Positions 1-9,681 of a stretch of 64,000 nucleotides of DNA are shown in pieces. The first letter of the stretch is position 1; each line of letters starts with the position of its first letter. Location of the stretch: the NCBI RefSeq assembly GCF_041248615.1, contig NZ_CP158426.1; one strand, written 5' to 3'. The notes under the pieces were generated by a model. The model made no database searches. It was not told where the DNA came from and worked only from the letters and a program-made list of their open reading frames with translations. A program made the position numbers and the translations under genes. The DNA is from Escherichia coli. Its GTDB lineage: Bacteria; Pseudomonadota; Gammaproteobacteria; Enterobacterales; Enterobacteriaceae.

Positions 1-2303
1 AACTGAGTGGCCTTGAGCGCACTGGCACCGGCGCGGAAGGATTCCGCTACGACCGCCACGGCAACCTGCTGGCCTGGACGGACGGTAACGGTGTTGTCTG
101 GACAATGGAATACGGCCCGTTTGATTTGCCGGTGGCGCGAACGGACGGTGAAGGCCACCGCTGGCAGTACCGCTACGATAAAGACACGCTGCAACTGACA
201 GAAGTCATTAACCCGCAGGGTGAGTCATATCTTTATGTTCTGGATAACTGCGGCCGGGTGACGGAAGAGCATGACTGGGGCGGCGTGGTCTGGCGTTACC
301 GCTATGACGCCGATGGCCTGTGTACCGCCAGGGTCAACGGCCTGGAGGAAACCATCCTCTACAGCCGGGACGCCGCAGGCCGCCTGGCAGAAGTCATCAC
401 GCCGGAAGGCAAAACGCAGTATGCCTATGACAAATCCGGCAGGCTGACGGGTATCTTCAGCCCGGACGGCACATCACAGCGCACCGGCTATGACGAACGC
501 GGGCGGGTGAATGTCACCACTCAGGGCCGACGGGCCATTGAATACCACTACCCCGACGAACACACCGTCATCCGCTGTATCCTGCCACCGGAAGATGAAC
601 GCGACAGACACCCCGGTGAATCCCTGCTGAAAACCACGTACCGCTACAACGCCGCCGGAGAACTGACGGAGGTCATTCTGCCGGGGGATGAGACGCTGAC
701 GTTCAGCCGTGATGAGGCAGGACGTGAAGTGCTCCGGCACAGTAACCGGGGTTTTGCCTGTGAACAGGGCTGGAATGCAGCCGGTCAGCCTGTCAGTCAG
801 CGCGCCGGACTTTTCCCGGCAGAAGCCACATGGGGCGGGCTGCTCCCCTCACGGGTACGGGAGTACCGTTACGACAGCGCGGGTAATGTGTCAGGCGTCA
901 CCAGCCGGGAAGATTACGGACGGGAAACACGGCGGGAATACCGGCTGGACCGGAACGGCCAGGTCACGGCGGTGACAGCCTCAGGCACCGGGCTGGGCTA
1001 TGGCGAAGGCGATGAGTCCTATGGCTATGACAGCTGCGGCTACCTGAAGGCGCAGTCTGCGGGCTGGCACCGGATAAGTGAAGAGACTGACCAGTATGCC
1101 GGAGGCCACCGGCTGAAACAGGCCGGAAACACGCAGTATGACTATGACGCCGCAGGCCGGATGGTCAGCCGCACCAGACACCGTGACGGCTATCGCCCGG
1201 AAACAGAGCGGTTCCGGTGGGACAGCCGTGACCAGCTGACCGGGTATTGCAGCGCACAGGGTGAGCAGTGGGAATACCGCCACGACGCCAGCGGCAGACG
1301 AACAGAGAAACGCTGCGACCGGAAGAAAATCCGCATCACGTACCTGTGGGACGGCGACAGTATTGCGGAAATCCGGGAATACCGCGATGATAAACTGTAC
1401 AGCGTACGGCACCTGGTGTTTAACGGCTTTGAGCTGATAAGCCAGCAGTTCAGCCGGGTACGGCAGGCGCATCCGTCGGTGGCCCCGCAGTGGGTGACAC
1501 GGACGAATCATGCGGTGAGCGACCTGACGGGCCGTCCGCTGATGCTCTTTAACAGTGAAGGTAAAACCGTCTGGCGACCGGGACAGACCAGCCTGTGGGG
1601 GCTGGCACTCAGCCTGCCCGCGGACACCGGCTACCCGGACCCGCGCGGGGAGCTGGACGCGGAAGCCGCCCCCGGCCTGCTGTATGCGGGACAGTGGCAG
1701 GATGCGGAATCGGGGCTGTGCTATAACCGGTTCCGGTACTACGAGCCGGAAACCGGGATGTACCTGGTGAGTGATCCGCTGGGGTTGCAGGGAGGGGAAC
1801 AGACTTACCGGTATGTGCCTAATCCGTGTGGGTATGTTGATCCGCTGGGGCTGGCAAAAACTTCTGTTCCCGTATCAATAGTAGAACCAAAAAAAATCAC
1901 TGGTAACTTTAAAACAATTCGAGAAAAATTAAGGCTTGCCAGGAATGGTGATGTTTCTGCACAAGCCGAAATTGCATACGCAAAATATATGCGTAGTTTG
2001 GGAAAGGATGTGCATTTCAATACACCTCCGAATCGCTCAGTATCAATGGCAGATTTTACAATTGATGGAATCCAGGTTGATACAAAATTATTGAGTGGTA
2101 TAGGCGGAAATGCTGCAAAAAATGTTAACAAGGGAGTTGGCCAGGTGGGAGATAATGGTATCGTCCTGGTAATTAGAAATTCTAATTCCAAAAATACACT
2201 TGAGGAATTTCATGAATTCTTTGGAAACTTCAAACCTAATAATTCAACAGTTCGAGTTGAAGTGATTGATCAATCCGTTTTAGAACCTTTTTGGAGATTT
2301 TAA
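1..2303 (+). CDS. Rhs family polymorphic toxin, 3' portion (5' end lies outside the window); YD/RHS-repeat core, DPLGL junction, then ~149-aa C-terminal toxin domain (approx 1854-2303)
   Basis: Frame 3 is open from base 3 and matches the second copy (LSGLERTGTGAEGF...). Repeated YRYD/YDxxGR motifs and PxxxxDPLGL motif precede a divergent tail. The ORF-track start at 105 is only the first in-frame Met. Confidence 0.9.
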   Translation, partial: LSGLERTGTGAEGFRYDRHGNLLAWTDGNGVVWTMEYGPFDLPVARTDGEGHRWQYRYDKDTLQLTEVINPQGESYLYVLDNCGRVTEEHDWGGVVWRYRYDADGLCTARVNGLEETILYSRDAAGRLAEVITPEGKTQYAYDKSGRLTGIFSPDGTSQRTGYDERGRVNVTTQGRRAIEYHYPDEHTVIRCILPPEDERDRHPGESLLKTTYRYNAAGELTEVILPGDETLTFSRDEAGREVLRHSNRGFACEQGWNAAGQPVSQRAGLFPAEATWGGLLPSRVREYRYDSAGNVSGVTSREDYGRETRREYRLDRNGQVTAVTASGTGLGYGEGDESYGYDSCGYLKAQSAGWHRISEETDQYAGGHRLKQAGNTQYDYDAAGRMVSRTRHRDGYRPETERFRWDSRDQLTGYCSAQGEQWEYRHDASGRRTEKRCDRKKIRITYLWDGDSIAEIREYRDDKLYSVRHLVFNGFELISQQFSRVRQAHPSVAPQWVTRTNHAVSDLTGRPLMLFNSEGKTVWRPGQTSLWGLALSLPADTGYPDPRGELDAEAAPGLLYAGQWQDAESGLCYNRFRYYEPETGMYLVSDPLGLQGGEQTYRYVPNPCGYVDPLGLAKTSVPVSIVEPKKITGNFKTIREKLRLARNGDVSAQAEIAYAKYMRSLGKDVHFNTPPNRSVSMADFTIDGIQVDTKLLSGIGGNAAKNVNKGVGQVGDNGIVLVIRNSNSKNTLEEFHEFFGNFKPNNSTVRVEVIDQSVLEPFWRF

Positions 2304-2307
2304 AAAT

Positions 2308-2784
2308 ATGATCACCAAATCAAGTATACTCATAGAGTATAAAGATAAAAGTAAACTAACCGAAAGTATTTATAAGTTTGTAAATGCTCTAGATATTGAC
2401 TTTTCGATATTAAAATATGACTACTTTGATGTAAATGAGTATAAAAAAAATATTACTTATGACACATCTTTTATTGACAAAGATGCAGAATATATTGAAT
2501 TATTAGCGAAGATTGATTTTTCTTATGAAGTTGATTTCGGCACATCAACAACATCGATTGAAAGCAAGTATCTTCCATCTCTAACTGATTTCATCGCTCA
2601 ATCACTATCACAACAATTAAATTGTAACATAATAACCAGCTTTAAACCATTAAGTGGAGATGAGTTTTGCCCAATAACATATTTTTCAAAAGGTAAAGAA
2701 GTTATCAATTTTACGACATTTAATTCAAATTGTTGGGATGGGGTATACTGGGTAAAAAAAAGGAGGCAAACAAATATCCGCTAA
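2308..2784 (+). CDS. Putative Rhs immunity protein (158 aa), AT-rich, cognate to the upstream toxin tail
   Basis: Starts 5 nt after the rhs stop on the same strand. Low-GC, lysine/asparagine-rich small protein in the position typical of rhsI genes. No family recognised. Confidence 0.55.
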   Translation: MITKSSILIEYKDKSKLTESIYKFVNALDIDFSILKYDYFDVNEYKKNITYDTSFIDKDAEYIELLAKIDFSYEVDFGTSTTSIESKYLPSLTDFIAQSLSQQLNCNIITSFKPLSGDEFCPITYFSKGKEVINFTTFNSNCWDGVYWVKKRRQTNIR

Positions 2785-2902
2785 CGTAGTTTTTCAATAG
2801 CTACACCATGTCACGTAACATGATGCCTGGATATTAACAGAAAGACAGAAGTGGACTCAGCGGTGAGATGAACGCAGCCTGAGTCTGAAGTACGACCTGC
2901 CG

Positions 2903-5233
2903 GTGAAGATGCGCGGCCCCGGCGGTCAGTCAGTGCGGTTGCAGTGGCAGCAGCACCATAAACTGAGTGGCCTTGAGCGCACTGGCACCGGCGCGGAAGG
3001 GTTCAGCTATGACCGCCACGGCAACCTGCTGGCCTGGACGGACGGCAATGGTGTTGTCTGGACAATGGAGTACGGCCCGTTCGATTTGCCGGTGGCGCGA
3101 ACGGACGGTGAAGGCCACCGCTGGCAGTACCGCTATGATAAAGACACGCTGCAACTGACAGAAGTCATTAACCCGCAGGGTGAGTCATATCTTTATGTTC
3201 TGGATAACTGCGGCCGGGTGACGGAAGAGCATGACTGGGGCGGCGTGGTCTGGCGTTACCGCTATGACGCCGATGGCCTGTGTACCGCCAGGGTCAACGG
3301 CCTGGAGGAAACCATCCTCTACAGCCGGGACGACGCAGGCCGCCTGGCAGAAGTCATCACGCCGGAAGGCAAAACGCAGTATGCGTATGACAAATCCGGC
3401 AGGCTGACGGGTATCTTCAGCCCGGACGGCACATCACAGCGCACCGGCTATGACGAACGCGGGCGGGTGAATGTCACCACTCAGGGCCGACGGGCCATTG
3501 AATACCACTACCCCGATGAACACACCGTCATCCGCTGTATCCTGCCACCGGAAGATGAACGCGACAGACACCCCGGTGAATCCCTGCTGAAAACCACGTA
3601 CCGCTACAACGCAGCCGGAGAACTGGCAGAGGTCATCCTGCCGGAGGATGAGACGCTGACGTTCAGCCGTGATGAGGCAGGACGTGAAGTGCTCCGGCAC
3701 AGTAACCGGGGTTTTGCCTGTGAGCAGGGCTGGAATGCAGCCGGTCAGCTTACCAGCCAGCGCGCCGGACTTTTCCCGGCAGAAGCCACATGGGGCGGGC
3801 TGCTCCCCTCACGGGTACGGGAGTACCGTTACGACAGCGCGGGTAATGTGTCAGGCGTCACCAGCCGGGAAGATTACGGACGGGAAACACGGCGGGAATA
3901 CCGGCTGGACCGGAACGGCCAGGTCACGGCGGTGACAGCCTCAGGCACCGGGCTGGGCTATGGCGAAGGCGATGAGTCCTATGGCTATGACAGCTGCGGC
4001 TACCTGAAGGCGCAGTCTGCGGGCTGGCACCGGATAAGTGAAGAGACTGACCAGTATGCCGGAGGCCACCGGCTGAAACAGGCCGGAAACACGCAGTATG
4101 ACTATGACGCCGCAGGCCGGATGGTCAGCCGCACCAGACACCGTGACGGCTATCGCCCGGAAACAGAGCGGTTCCGGTGGGACAGCCGTGACCAGCTGAC
4201 CGGGTATTGCAGCGCACAGGGTGAGCAGTGGGAATACCGCCACGACGCCAGCGGCAGACGAACAGAGAAACGCTGCGACCGGAAGAAAATCCGCATCACG
4301 TACCTGTGGGACGGCGACAGTATTGCGGAAATCCGGGAATACCGCGATGATAAACTGTACAGCGTACGGCACCTGGTGTTTAACGGCTTTGAGCTGATAA
4401 GCCAGCAGTTCAGCCGGGTACGGCAGGCGCATCCGTCGGTGGCCCCGCAGTGGGTGACACGGACGAATCATGCGGTGAGCGACCTGACGGGCCGTCCGCT
4501 GATGCTCTTTAACAGTGAAGGTAAAACCGTCTGGCGACCGGGACAGACCAGCCTGTGGGGGCTGGCACTCAGCCTGCCCGCGGACACCGGCTACCCGGAC
4601 CCGCGCGGGGAACTGGACGCGGAAGCCGACCCCGGCCTGCTGTATGCAGGACAGTGGCAGGATGCGGAATCCGGGCTGTGCTATAACCGGTTCCGGTATT
4701 ACGAGCCGGAAACAGGGATGTACCTGGTGAGTGATCCGCTGGGGTTGCTGGGGGGTGAGCAGACTTACCGGTATGTGCCGAATCCGTGTGGGTATGTTGA
4801 TCCTTTGGGATTAGCAACATGTCCCATAATCAGACAACGGGTGCTGGCTAACCTTGAAGCCAGTCGGGCAGCAAGGGCTGCATCTAATTTTGGTAAGAAA
4901 AATATCTATGATTTTATCAAGGCAACTCAATCTGCTATCCCTGGCACCTCTATCCCAAAATCTTTTGAGATTATAACTGCTAATGGTACTTTCTGGGTAC
5001 ACCCAAATGCTACAAAACATATGGCTGAATATTTGACTCGGAACGGTCTCTCACATTCAACTTCTGTAGAGAGCCAAATAATGTTAACAAGTTTTCACGA
5101 AGCTGTAAGTTTGGCTAGTGCTCAAGGTATAAAGTATGAAGAAATGATGAATGTTGGCGGCTGGGAACTAGTATTTAGTCAAGCTAAATCTGACTCGGCT
5201 TTATCAGTTATTAAACATGCTCTTTATAAATGA
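2903..5233 (+). CDS. Orphan Rhs core fragment (duplicate of the 3' core) fused to a different C-terminal toxin domain (approx 4814-5233)
   Basis: Nucleotides 2961-~4810 are about 99% identical to 1-~1850. Sequence diverges just after DPLGL. ORF-track start is GTG with no evident independent start signal. Confidence 0.8.
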   Translation: MKMRGPGGQSVRLQWQQHHKLSGLERTGTGAEGFSYDRHGNLLAWTDGNGVVWTMEYGPFDLPVARTDGEGHRWQYRYDKDTLQLTEVINPQGESYLYVLDNCGRVTEEHDWGGVVWRYRYDADGLCTARVNGLEETILYSRDDAGRLAEVITPEGKTQYAYDKSGRLTGIFSPDGTSQRTGYDERGRVNVTTQGRRAIEYHYPDEHTVIRCILPPEDERDRHPGESLLKTTYRYNAAGELAEVILPEDETLTFSRDEAGREVLRHSNRGFACEQGWNAAGQLTSQRAGLFPAEATWGGLLPSRVREYRYDSAGNVSGVTSREDYGRETRREYRLDRNGQVTAVTASGTGLGYGEGDESYGYDSCGYLKAQSAGWHRISEETDQYAGGHRLKQAGNTQYDYDAAGRMVSRTRHRDGYRPETERFRWDSRDQLTGYCSAQGEQWEYRHDASGRRTEKRCDRKKIRITYLWDGDSIAEIREYRDDKLYSVRHLVFNGFELISQQFSRVRQAHPSVAPQWVTRTNHAVSDLTGRPLMLFNSEGKTVWRPGQTSLWGLALSLPADTGYPDPRGELDAEADPGLLYAGQWQDAESGLCYNRFRYYEPETGMYLVSDPLGLLGGEQTYRYVPNPCGYVDPLGLATCPIIRQRVLANLEASRAARAASNFGKKNIYDFIKATQSAIPGTSIPKSFEIITANGTFWVHPNATKHMAEYLTRNGLSHSTSVESQIMLTSFHEAVSLASAQGIKYEEMMNVGGWELVFSQAKSDSALSVIKHALYK

Positions 5234-5763
5234 CGATTATGCTTACATTAGAAAATGAAACAAACTACAAAGATGTTGTTGTTAATATAGATGAATTTGT
5301 ACCTTTTGATATAACTTTTGGAAAGGGGAGCGAACAGTGTTTGTACTGGAGAGGCGGCAATGGTAAAAGTTCTTTGGTTGAAGTTGGGTTAAATATGTAC
5401 AGCGGAGAAGTAAGTAACATCACACTAGCAAATATCGATTCAGGTGAAATTAACATTACAGATGAGATGTTAGCCAACAACCTTCCTGAAATACAAGGGT
5501 CTGTTATATTTCAGACAAGCGAGTGGCTTAATAAAGACATTTCCGAATACTCAAACAGATTTATTGATGATTTTGATTGCAATATCAAGTTAATAATTGG
5601 TAGTAATTACATTAAATTATTATTTAAAAAAGCAACAAATCCCATTTGTTATATCATTAATAGGAATATAAGATTTGGTTTTTCTTTGAGTAGGGAACTT
5701 TCGACATTGGAAATATTAGACCTCAATCAAGAAAAATTAGATATTCTAAAGTTATTTAAATAG
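5230..5763 (+). CDS. Putative immunity protein for the second toxin tail (177 aa)
   Basis: ATGA overlap with the upstream stop suggests translational coupling. AT-rich small ORF in immunity position. Confidence 0.5.
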   Translation: MTIMLTLENETNYKDVVVNIDEFVPFDITFGKGSEQCLYWRGGNGKSSLVEVGLNMYSGEVSNITLANIDSGEINITDEMLANNLPEIQGSVIFQTSEWLNKDISEYSNRFIDDFDCNIKLIIGSNYIKLLFKKATNPICYIINRNIRFGFSLSRELSTLEILDLNQEKLDILKLFK

Positions 5764-6242
5764 TTTTAGTGTTTGAAACTTACCGAGAGATGATAGCTAT
5801 GAATGAATACAAAAACATCCATCTTGGAGGAAACAATGGAATGTTAATCCATTAAAAAACATACTTCAATATCTTTAGTGAAGAAAGAGTTGTATGAAAG
5901 AAATATATCTTATGTGAGCGACATGATGCATGCTAATTATATTATTGGCCGGAAATTTTATGATGATAGCAAAAAGGAGGGGTTATTTCTGTAAGAATGG
6001 ATATACCCGCAGGGTTTGAACCAGACATTTATTTGTTGAAGTCTAAGATCCAAATGGAAGCATTTATATCCCTCAGATATTATGCGTTGACGGGTTGATA
6101 AAGATACTTTTAGAGGGTTAATAAATGGAGAACGTATAATAAATCTCTTAAACAAACTATAACCTGTACTAATGAAAAAAATGGGAATAGATAAGTTAAT
6201 AGCCTATTCTAAAAATGGTAAAGTGGTTTTACTTCCAAAATA

Positions 6243-6686
6243 ATGGAGTTTAGTATGAAAATCGAAGCTAATTCCCTTACTCATCCCTATGACTACAACG
6301 CCTCACTGAACAATTATTTACATTATTTTGAGAATTTCTCTCGTAATGACTGGAATAAAGATTCATGTGGAGGATATTTTACTTTTAGAGATGATGACAG
6401 AGAGTGTGTTTTGTTTTTTGTGAATTATGGTGATAATTTTTCATTGCGCTATGATTGTACACAAAGTTCTGATGGAATAGTGTCATGCTGGTATAGTAAC
6501 CATGAAGATGATAAAATGAATATCATCGTCGATGCTGATACAGAACAATTTATCCCTTTAGGTTCTTGCTTACCTCCTGATATTACTTTATCAGTAATAA
6601 AAGATTTTTTCAAAAATCCTTTAGAGAAATCAAAAAAAGTAAAATGGATGAATGCAGATGACATTGACTGGTCATCTGTGTATTAA
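6243..6686 (+). CDS. Hypothetical protein (147 aa), possible orphan immunity protein
   Basis: Complete ORF in the AT-rich orphan array; Trp/Cys/Asp-rich. No recognisable family. Confidence 0.35.
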   Translation: MEFSMKIEANSLTHPYDYNASLNNYLHYFENFSRNDWNKDSCGGYFTFRDDDRECVLFFVNYGDNFSLRYDCTQSSDGIVSCWYSNHEDDKMNIIVDADTEQFIPLGSCLPPDITLSVIKDFFKNPLEKSKKVKWMNADDIDWSSVY

Positions 6687-7297
6687 AGTTGGATTGGATA
6701 ATTATCTGTTTCAAAAATCATTAAATTTAGAACCTATCTGTTCAACAGAGCTGCCTTGAACAGCAGGTTCTTTTATGATGTCCAGGAGCGAATATGCCTG
6801 TGATGTCTGGCACTCAGCATCTGACTGACCTGGACTACTGATCCTACTCACACAGGGAGCTAGACCTGGAAGCAACCTACTGTAAGCAGTGCAGTAGCAG
6901 CCCACCTCACATCAGTCCTTGCAAGGTGTGGGCCTTTGTGATCTTGCTCTGTATTGCTGAGATCCTCAGGAAGGACTCGAAATTTAATCAGGAAGGCCGT
7001 TGCTAAAAATCAAAAAATAAATTCAAGAGCAATTTCTAAAACTTTTGAATCTACTGTATCGGATGAGGTTTTCACTCCTTTCCAAAAGGTGAGTTTTCAA
7101 GCATTCAAGTTTCTGTTATGACCAAAACTTCACCATTTAACACTAATCCGAGTATTATGTTACCATGAAGAAAAAAGATATTAGATTTGCAATATCCATT
7201 AACTCCAACTCAAGTAAGATAGAATTAATGGAAAAATTAAAAACATAATCCCAGGGCTTATTGAAATAACTCCCAGTGCATTAAGAGAAGAAAAAAC

Positions 7298-7513
7298 ATG
7301 GTAGTTATTGAAGATAATGATCTTTATGACCCTATAAAAGCAGAGGGAGTTGATGGATGGATGTATTATAAATTCATATTATCCATATTCCCATTAAAGG
7401 GAGTAGACACAACATTAGAATATCAACGGGAATTATCTTTTCTTTTCTTAAAGAAATTAAAAGATGCGGGTCTGTTAGGTGAACTTATATGCGAGGATGA
7501 TTTTCATGACTGA
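7298..7513 (+). CDS. Hypothetical small protein (71 aa)
   Basis: Stop TGA overlaps the ATG of the next ORF (TGATG), suggesting coupling. Confidence 0.3.
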   Translation: MVVIEDNDLYDPIKAEGVDGWMYYKFILSIFPLKGVDTTLEYQRELSFLFLKKLKDAGLLGELICEDDFHD

Positions 7514-7890
7514 TGACCTCTACATATATCCTCAGTTCGTGGCTGGTATTACATGATCTGACAGGGAAAGATCGTAGCGAAATCAAAAAAGACGTGGATT
7601 TCCCGGAAGCCGGTGAAGACACAGCGCTCTGCGACAAGGAGACTAAACCGCCGAGGATAACCCAGGGCAGCAGCAACGTTTTTATCAACAATCAGCCCGC
7701 CGCGCGCAAGGGGGACAAACTGGAGTGCAGTGCGGCGATCGTGGGAGGTTCGCCGGACGTCTTTATTGGGGGTGAGCAGGTCACCTATCTGGATATCCAG
7801 CCGGAGTTCCCGCCGTGGCAGAGAATGATCCTGGGGGGAATAACGATAGCCAGCTATCTTCTGCCGCCAGCGCAGGGAAAGATCACGTAA
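7513..7890 (+). CDS. PAAR-motif protein fragment (125 aa), probably the displaced 5' end of an rhs gene
   Basis: Contains NNQPAARKGDKLEC...GGSPDVFIGG, a PAAR-type signature. The ORF ends at the same breakpoint sequence (gggaaagatca...ttttgtactaaataattcgca) seen at 11240. Confidence 0.5.
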   Translation: MTSTYILSSWLVLHDLTGKDRSEIKKDVDFPEAGEDTALCDKETKPPRITQGSSNVFINNQPAARKGDKLECSAAIVGGSPDVFIGGEQVTYLDIQPEFPPWQRMILGGITIASYLLPPAQGKIT

Positions 7891-8003
7891 CGCTGCTTTT
7901 TTGTACTAAATAATTCGCACTAAATGTTCAATAATTGAGATATTCCTTATTACCTAAATACAGTTCCACCAAGATTACCTAAACCCAAATGAGGTAAAAG
8001 ATA

Positions 8004-8372
8004 GTGGGTATGAATAAAAATGAAATCCATTTCCCTATAGGATATGGTTGGTTGAATGAAAAAAAAATTATTGGCACCAGTGAATTTAGCCAATTAGAAC
8101 CATGGTTTTATCTAGATGAGAACAGGTGTTTTTTTGCGAATAAAAAATGGCCAAATGTCATAGGTGAACAATTATTCGCTTTTGCTAAACGTCAAGATAA
8201 TGATGAATTGGCTTGTTTCAAAATTAATGAATCTGGAGTCTGTGAGGGTGTTTATTTAATTAATGGGTGGACTCCTAACGGGTTTGATATTATACAATTT
8301 TACCCTGATTTTTGGGAATGGGTACATTTGGTTATACAAGATGTCTCGGAGTGGATTGATAATAAAGGATAA
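8004..8372 (+). CDS. Hypothetical protein (122 aa), possible immunity protein
   Basis: Small Trp-rich ORF lying between the PAAR fragment and the third toxin tail. Confidence 0.35.
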   Translation: MGMNKNEIHFPIGYGWLNEKKIIGTSEFSQLEPWFYLDENRCFFANKKWPNVIGEQLFAFAKRQDNDELACFKINESGVCEGVYLINGWTPNGFDIIQFYPDFWEWVHLVIQDVSEWIDNKG

Positions 8373-8401
8373 TTTGAAACAAAAGTAAAAAACCGCCTTC
8401 A

Positions 8402-9100
8402 TTGAAGGTAACGTGGAGTGGTGGGCGGAGCAGCCTGCCCGCAGACACAGACTACCCGGACCCGCGCGGGGAGCGGGACGCGGAAGCCGACCCCGGCCTG
8501 CTGTATGCAGGACAGTGGCAGGATGCGGAATCCGGACTGTGCTATAACCGGTTCCGGTATTACGAGCCGGAAACCGGGATGTACCTGGTGAGTGATCCCC
8601 TGGGGTTGCTGGGGGGTGAGCAGACTTACCGGTATGTGCCTAATCCTAGTGGGTATGTTGATCCTCTGGGATTAGCAACGTGTCCTATACTCAGACAGTG
8701 GGCGCTGACTAACCTTGAAGCCAGTCGGGCAGCAAGGGCTGCATCTAATTTTGGTAAGCCTCTGGTCCAGCGAAATAAAACGATTGGCGATAAAGTAAGG
8801 GATATGATTGCCAAAGAGAGGGGAACCACTCTAATTGAACAAAATTATAGAGTGACAGGAGGATTAAAGCGTATTGACGTTGTTGATGGAGTAACGGGTA
8901 TAGAATCTAAAGTCGGTCGAACAGGGTTAACAACCCGAGTACGGCAAGAGGTAGCGCGGGATATTAAGATTTTGAGAAGTGAGCAACTTGATCAAATTGA
9001 ATGGGTGTTTACAAGAAGTTCAACTACAGGGAAGATTGGGCCAACTAAACCACTTGAAGATCTTTTAAATAAACATGGTATACCGATTATTTATCGATAA
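8402..9100 (+). CDS. Orphan Rhs C-terminal toxin fragment with only ~270 nt of core homology; toxin tail approx 8675-9100
   Basis: Shares ...PADTDYPDPRGE...YNRFRYYEPETGMYLVSDPLGLLGGEQTYRYVPNP.GYVDPLGL with the core 3' end, then diverges. The tail has a D...ESK pattern. Track start is TTG, no ATG. Confidence 0.7.
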   Translation: MKVTWSGGRSSLPADTDYPDPRGERDAEADPGLLYAGQWQDAESGLCYNRFRYYEPETGMYLVSDPLGLLGGEQTYRYVPNPSGYVDPLGLATCPILRQWALTNLEASRAARAASNFGKPLVQRNKTIGDKVRDMIAKERGTTLIEQNYRVTGGLKRIDVVDGVTGIESKVGRTGLTTRVRQEVARDIKILRSEQLDQIEWVFTRSSTTGKIGPTKPLEDLLNKHGIPIIYR

Positions 9101-9111
9101 GGAGTGATAGT

Positions 9112-9681
9112 GTGAAACTCAAACCGATTGGTGACTTTTTAAACAAAAATGGGTTTATAAAAAATGGTAACAATGATTTTTATAAAGTTCATGATAAGTT
9201 TGTAAATTGTATAAATTTTCAAAAAAAGAGTACAGGTGATATTTTTTTTATAAACACAGGTGTTCATCCTGTGTTCGAAAATTTTTGCAATGAACCACCG
9301 AAAAAAGAAATAGATTGTTACATCCGTAACCGTGTGTGTGATGGACTAAGTATATCTTTGCTGCATTCTTTTGAAGGTAGTGAGTTTGTTATCAGTGAGA
9401 TAAAAAACAAAGCGTTTTGTTTTTTTGAATACTTTGATTCATTGAATAAAATATTCGATGCTATTCGTGTTGTAGATATTGAAGAGAGAAATATTTGCGA
9501 TGAGCTAAGTGGTGTAAGCAGCGTAAGATTAGCTTTGATGTGTATGAACTACCAGTATGAGAAAAAAAAATTTAGCCTTGTTTCTGATTTTGCGAACTAT
9601 GGTCTTGCTATATCTAGAGGCCCGGTACCGAAAAAAGCATTGGATTTGCCCCTATATTTCCAGACACCTGTTATCACTTAA
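9112..9681 (+). pseudogene. Putative immunity gene for the third toxin tail, 3' end replaced by the IS2 insertion
   Basis: ORF (GTG start) runs into the IS2 end at 9641; the last ~13 codons are IS2-derived. With IS2 removed the reading frame would end ...PKKAFKDMIKITE. Confidence 0.5.

Noticed and set aside
981..1511. 176-aa minus-strand ORF inside the Rhs core (and its twin at 3941-4471, plus several shorter ones)
   Set aside because: Lies wholly antisense to the GC-rich, repeat-rich Rhs core with no start context. It is duplicated only because the core is duplicated. Typical spurious open frame in high-GC repeat DNA.
9112..9681. Treating the ORF downstream of the third toxin tail as an intact gene
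   Set aside because: Its 3' end runs into the IS2 terminus at 9641, so the C-terminal codons are IS-derived. Listed as a disrupted gene instead.
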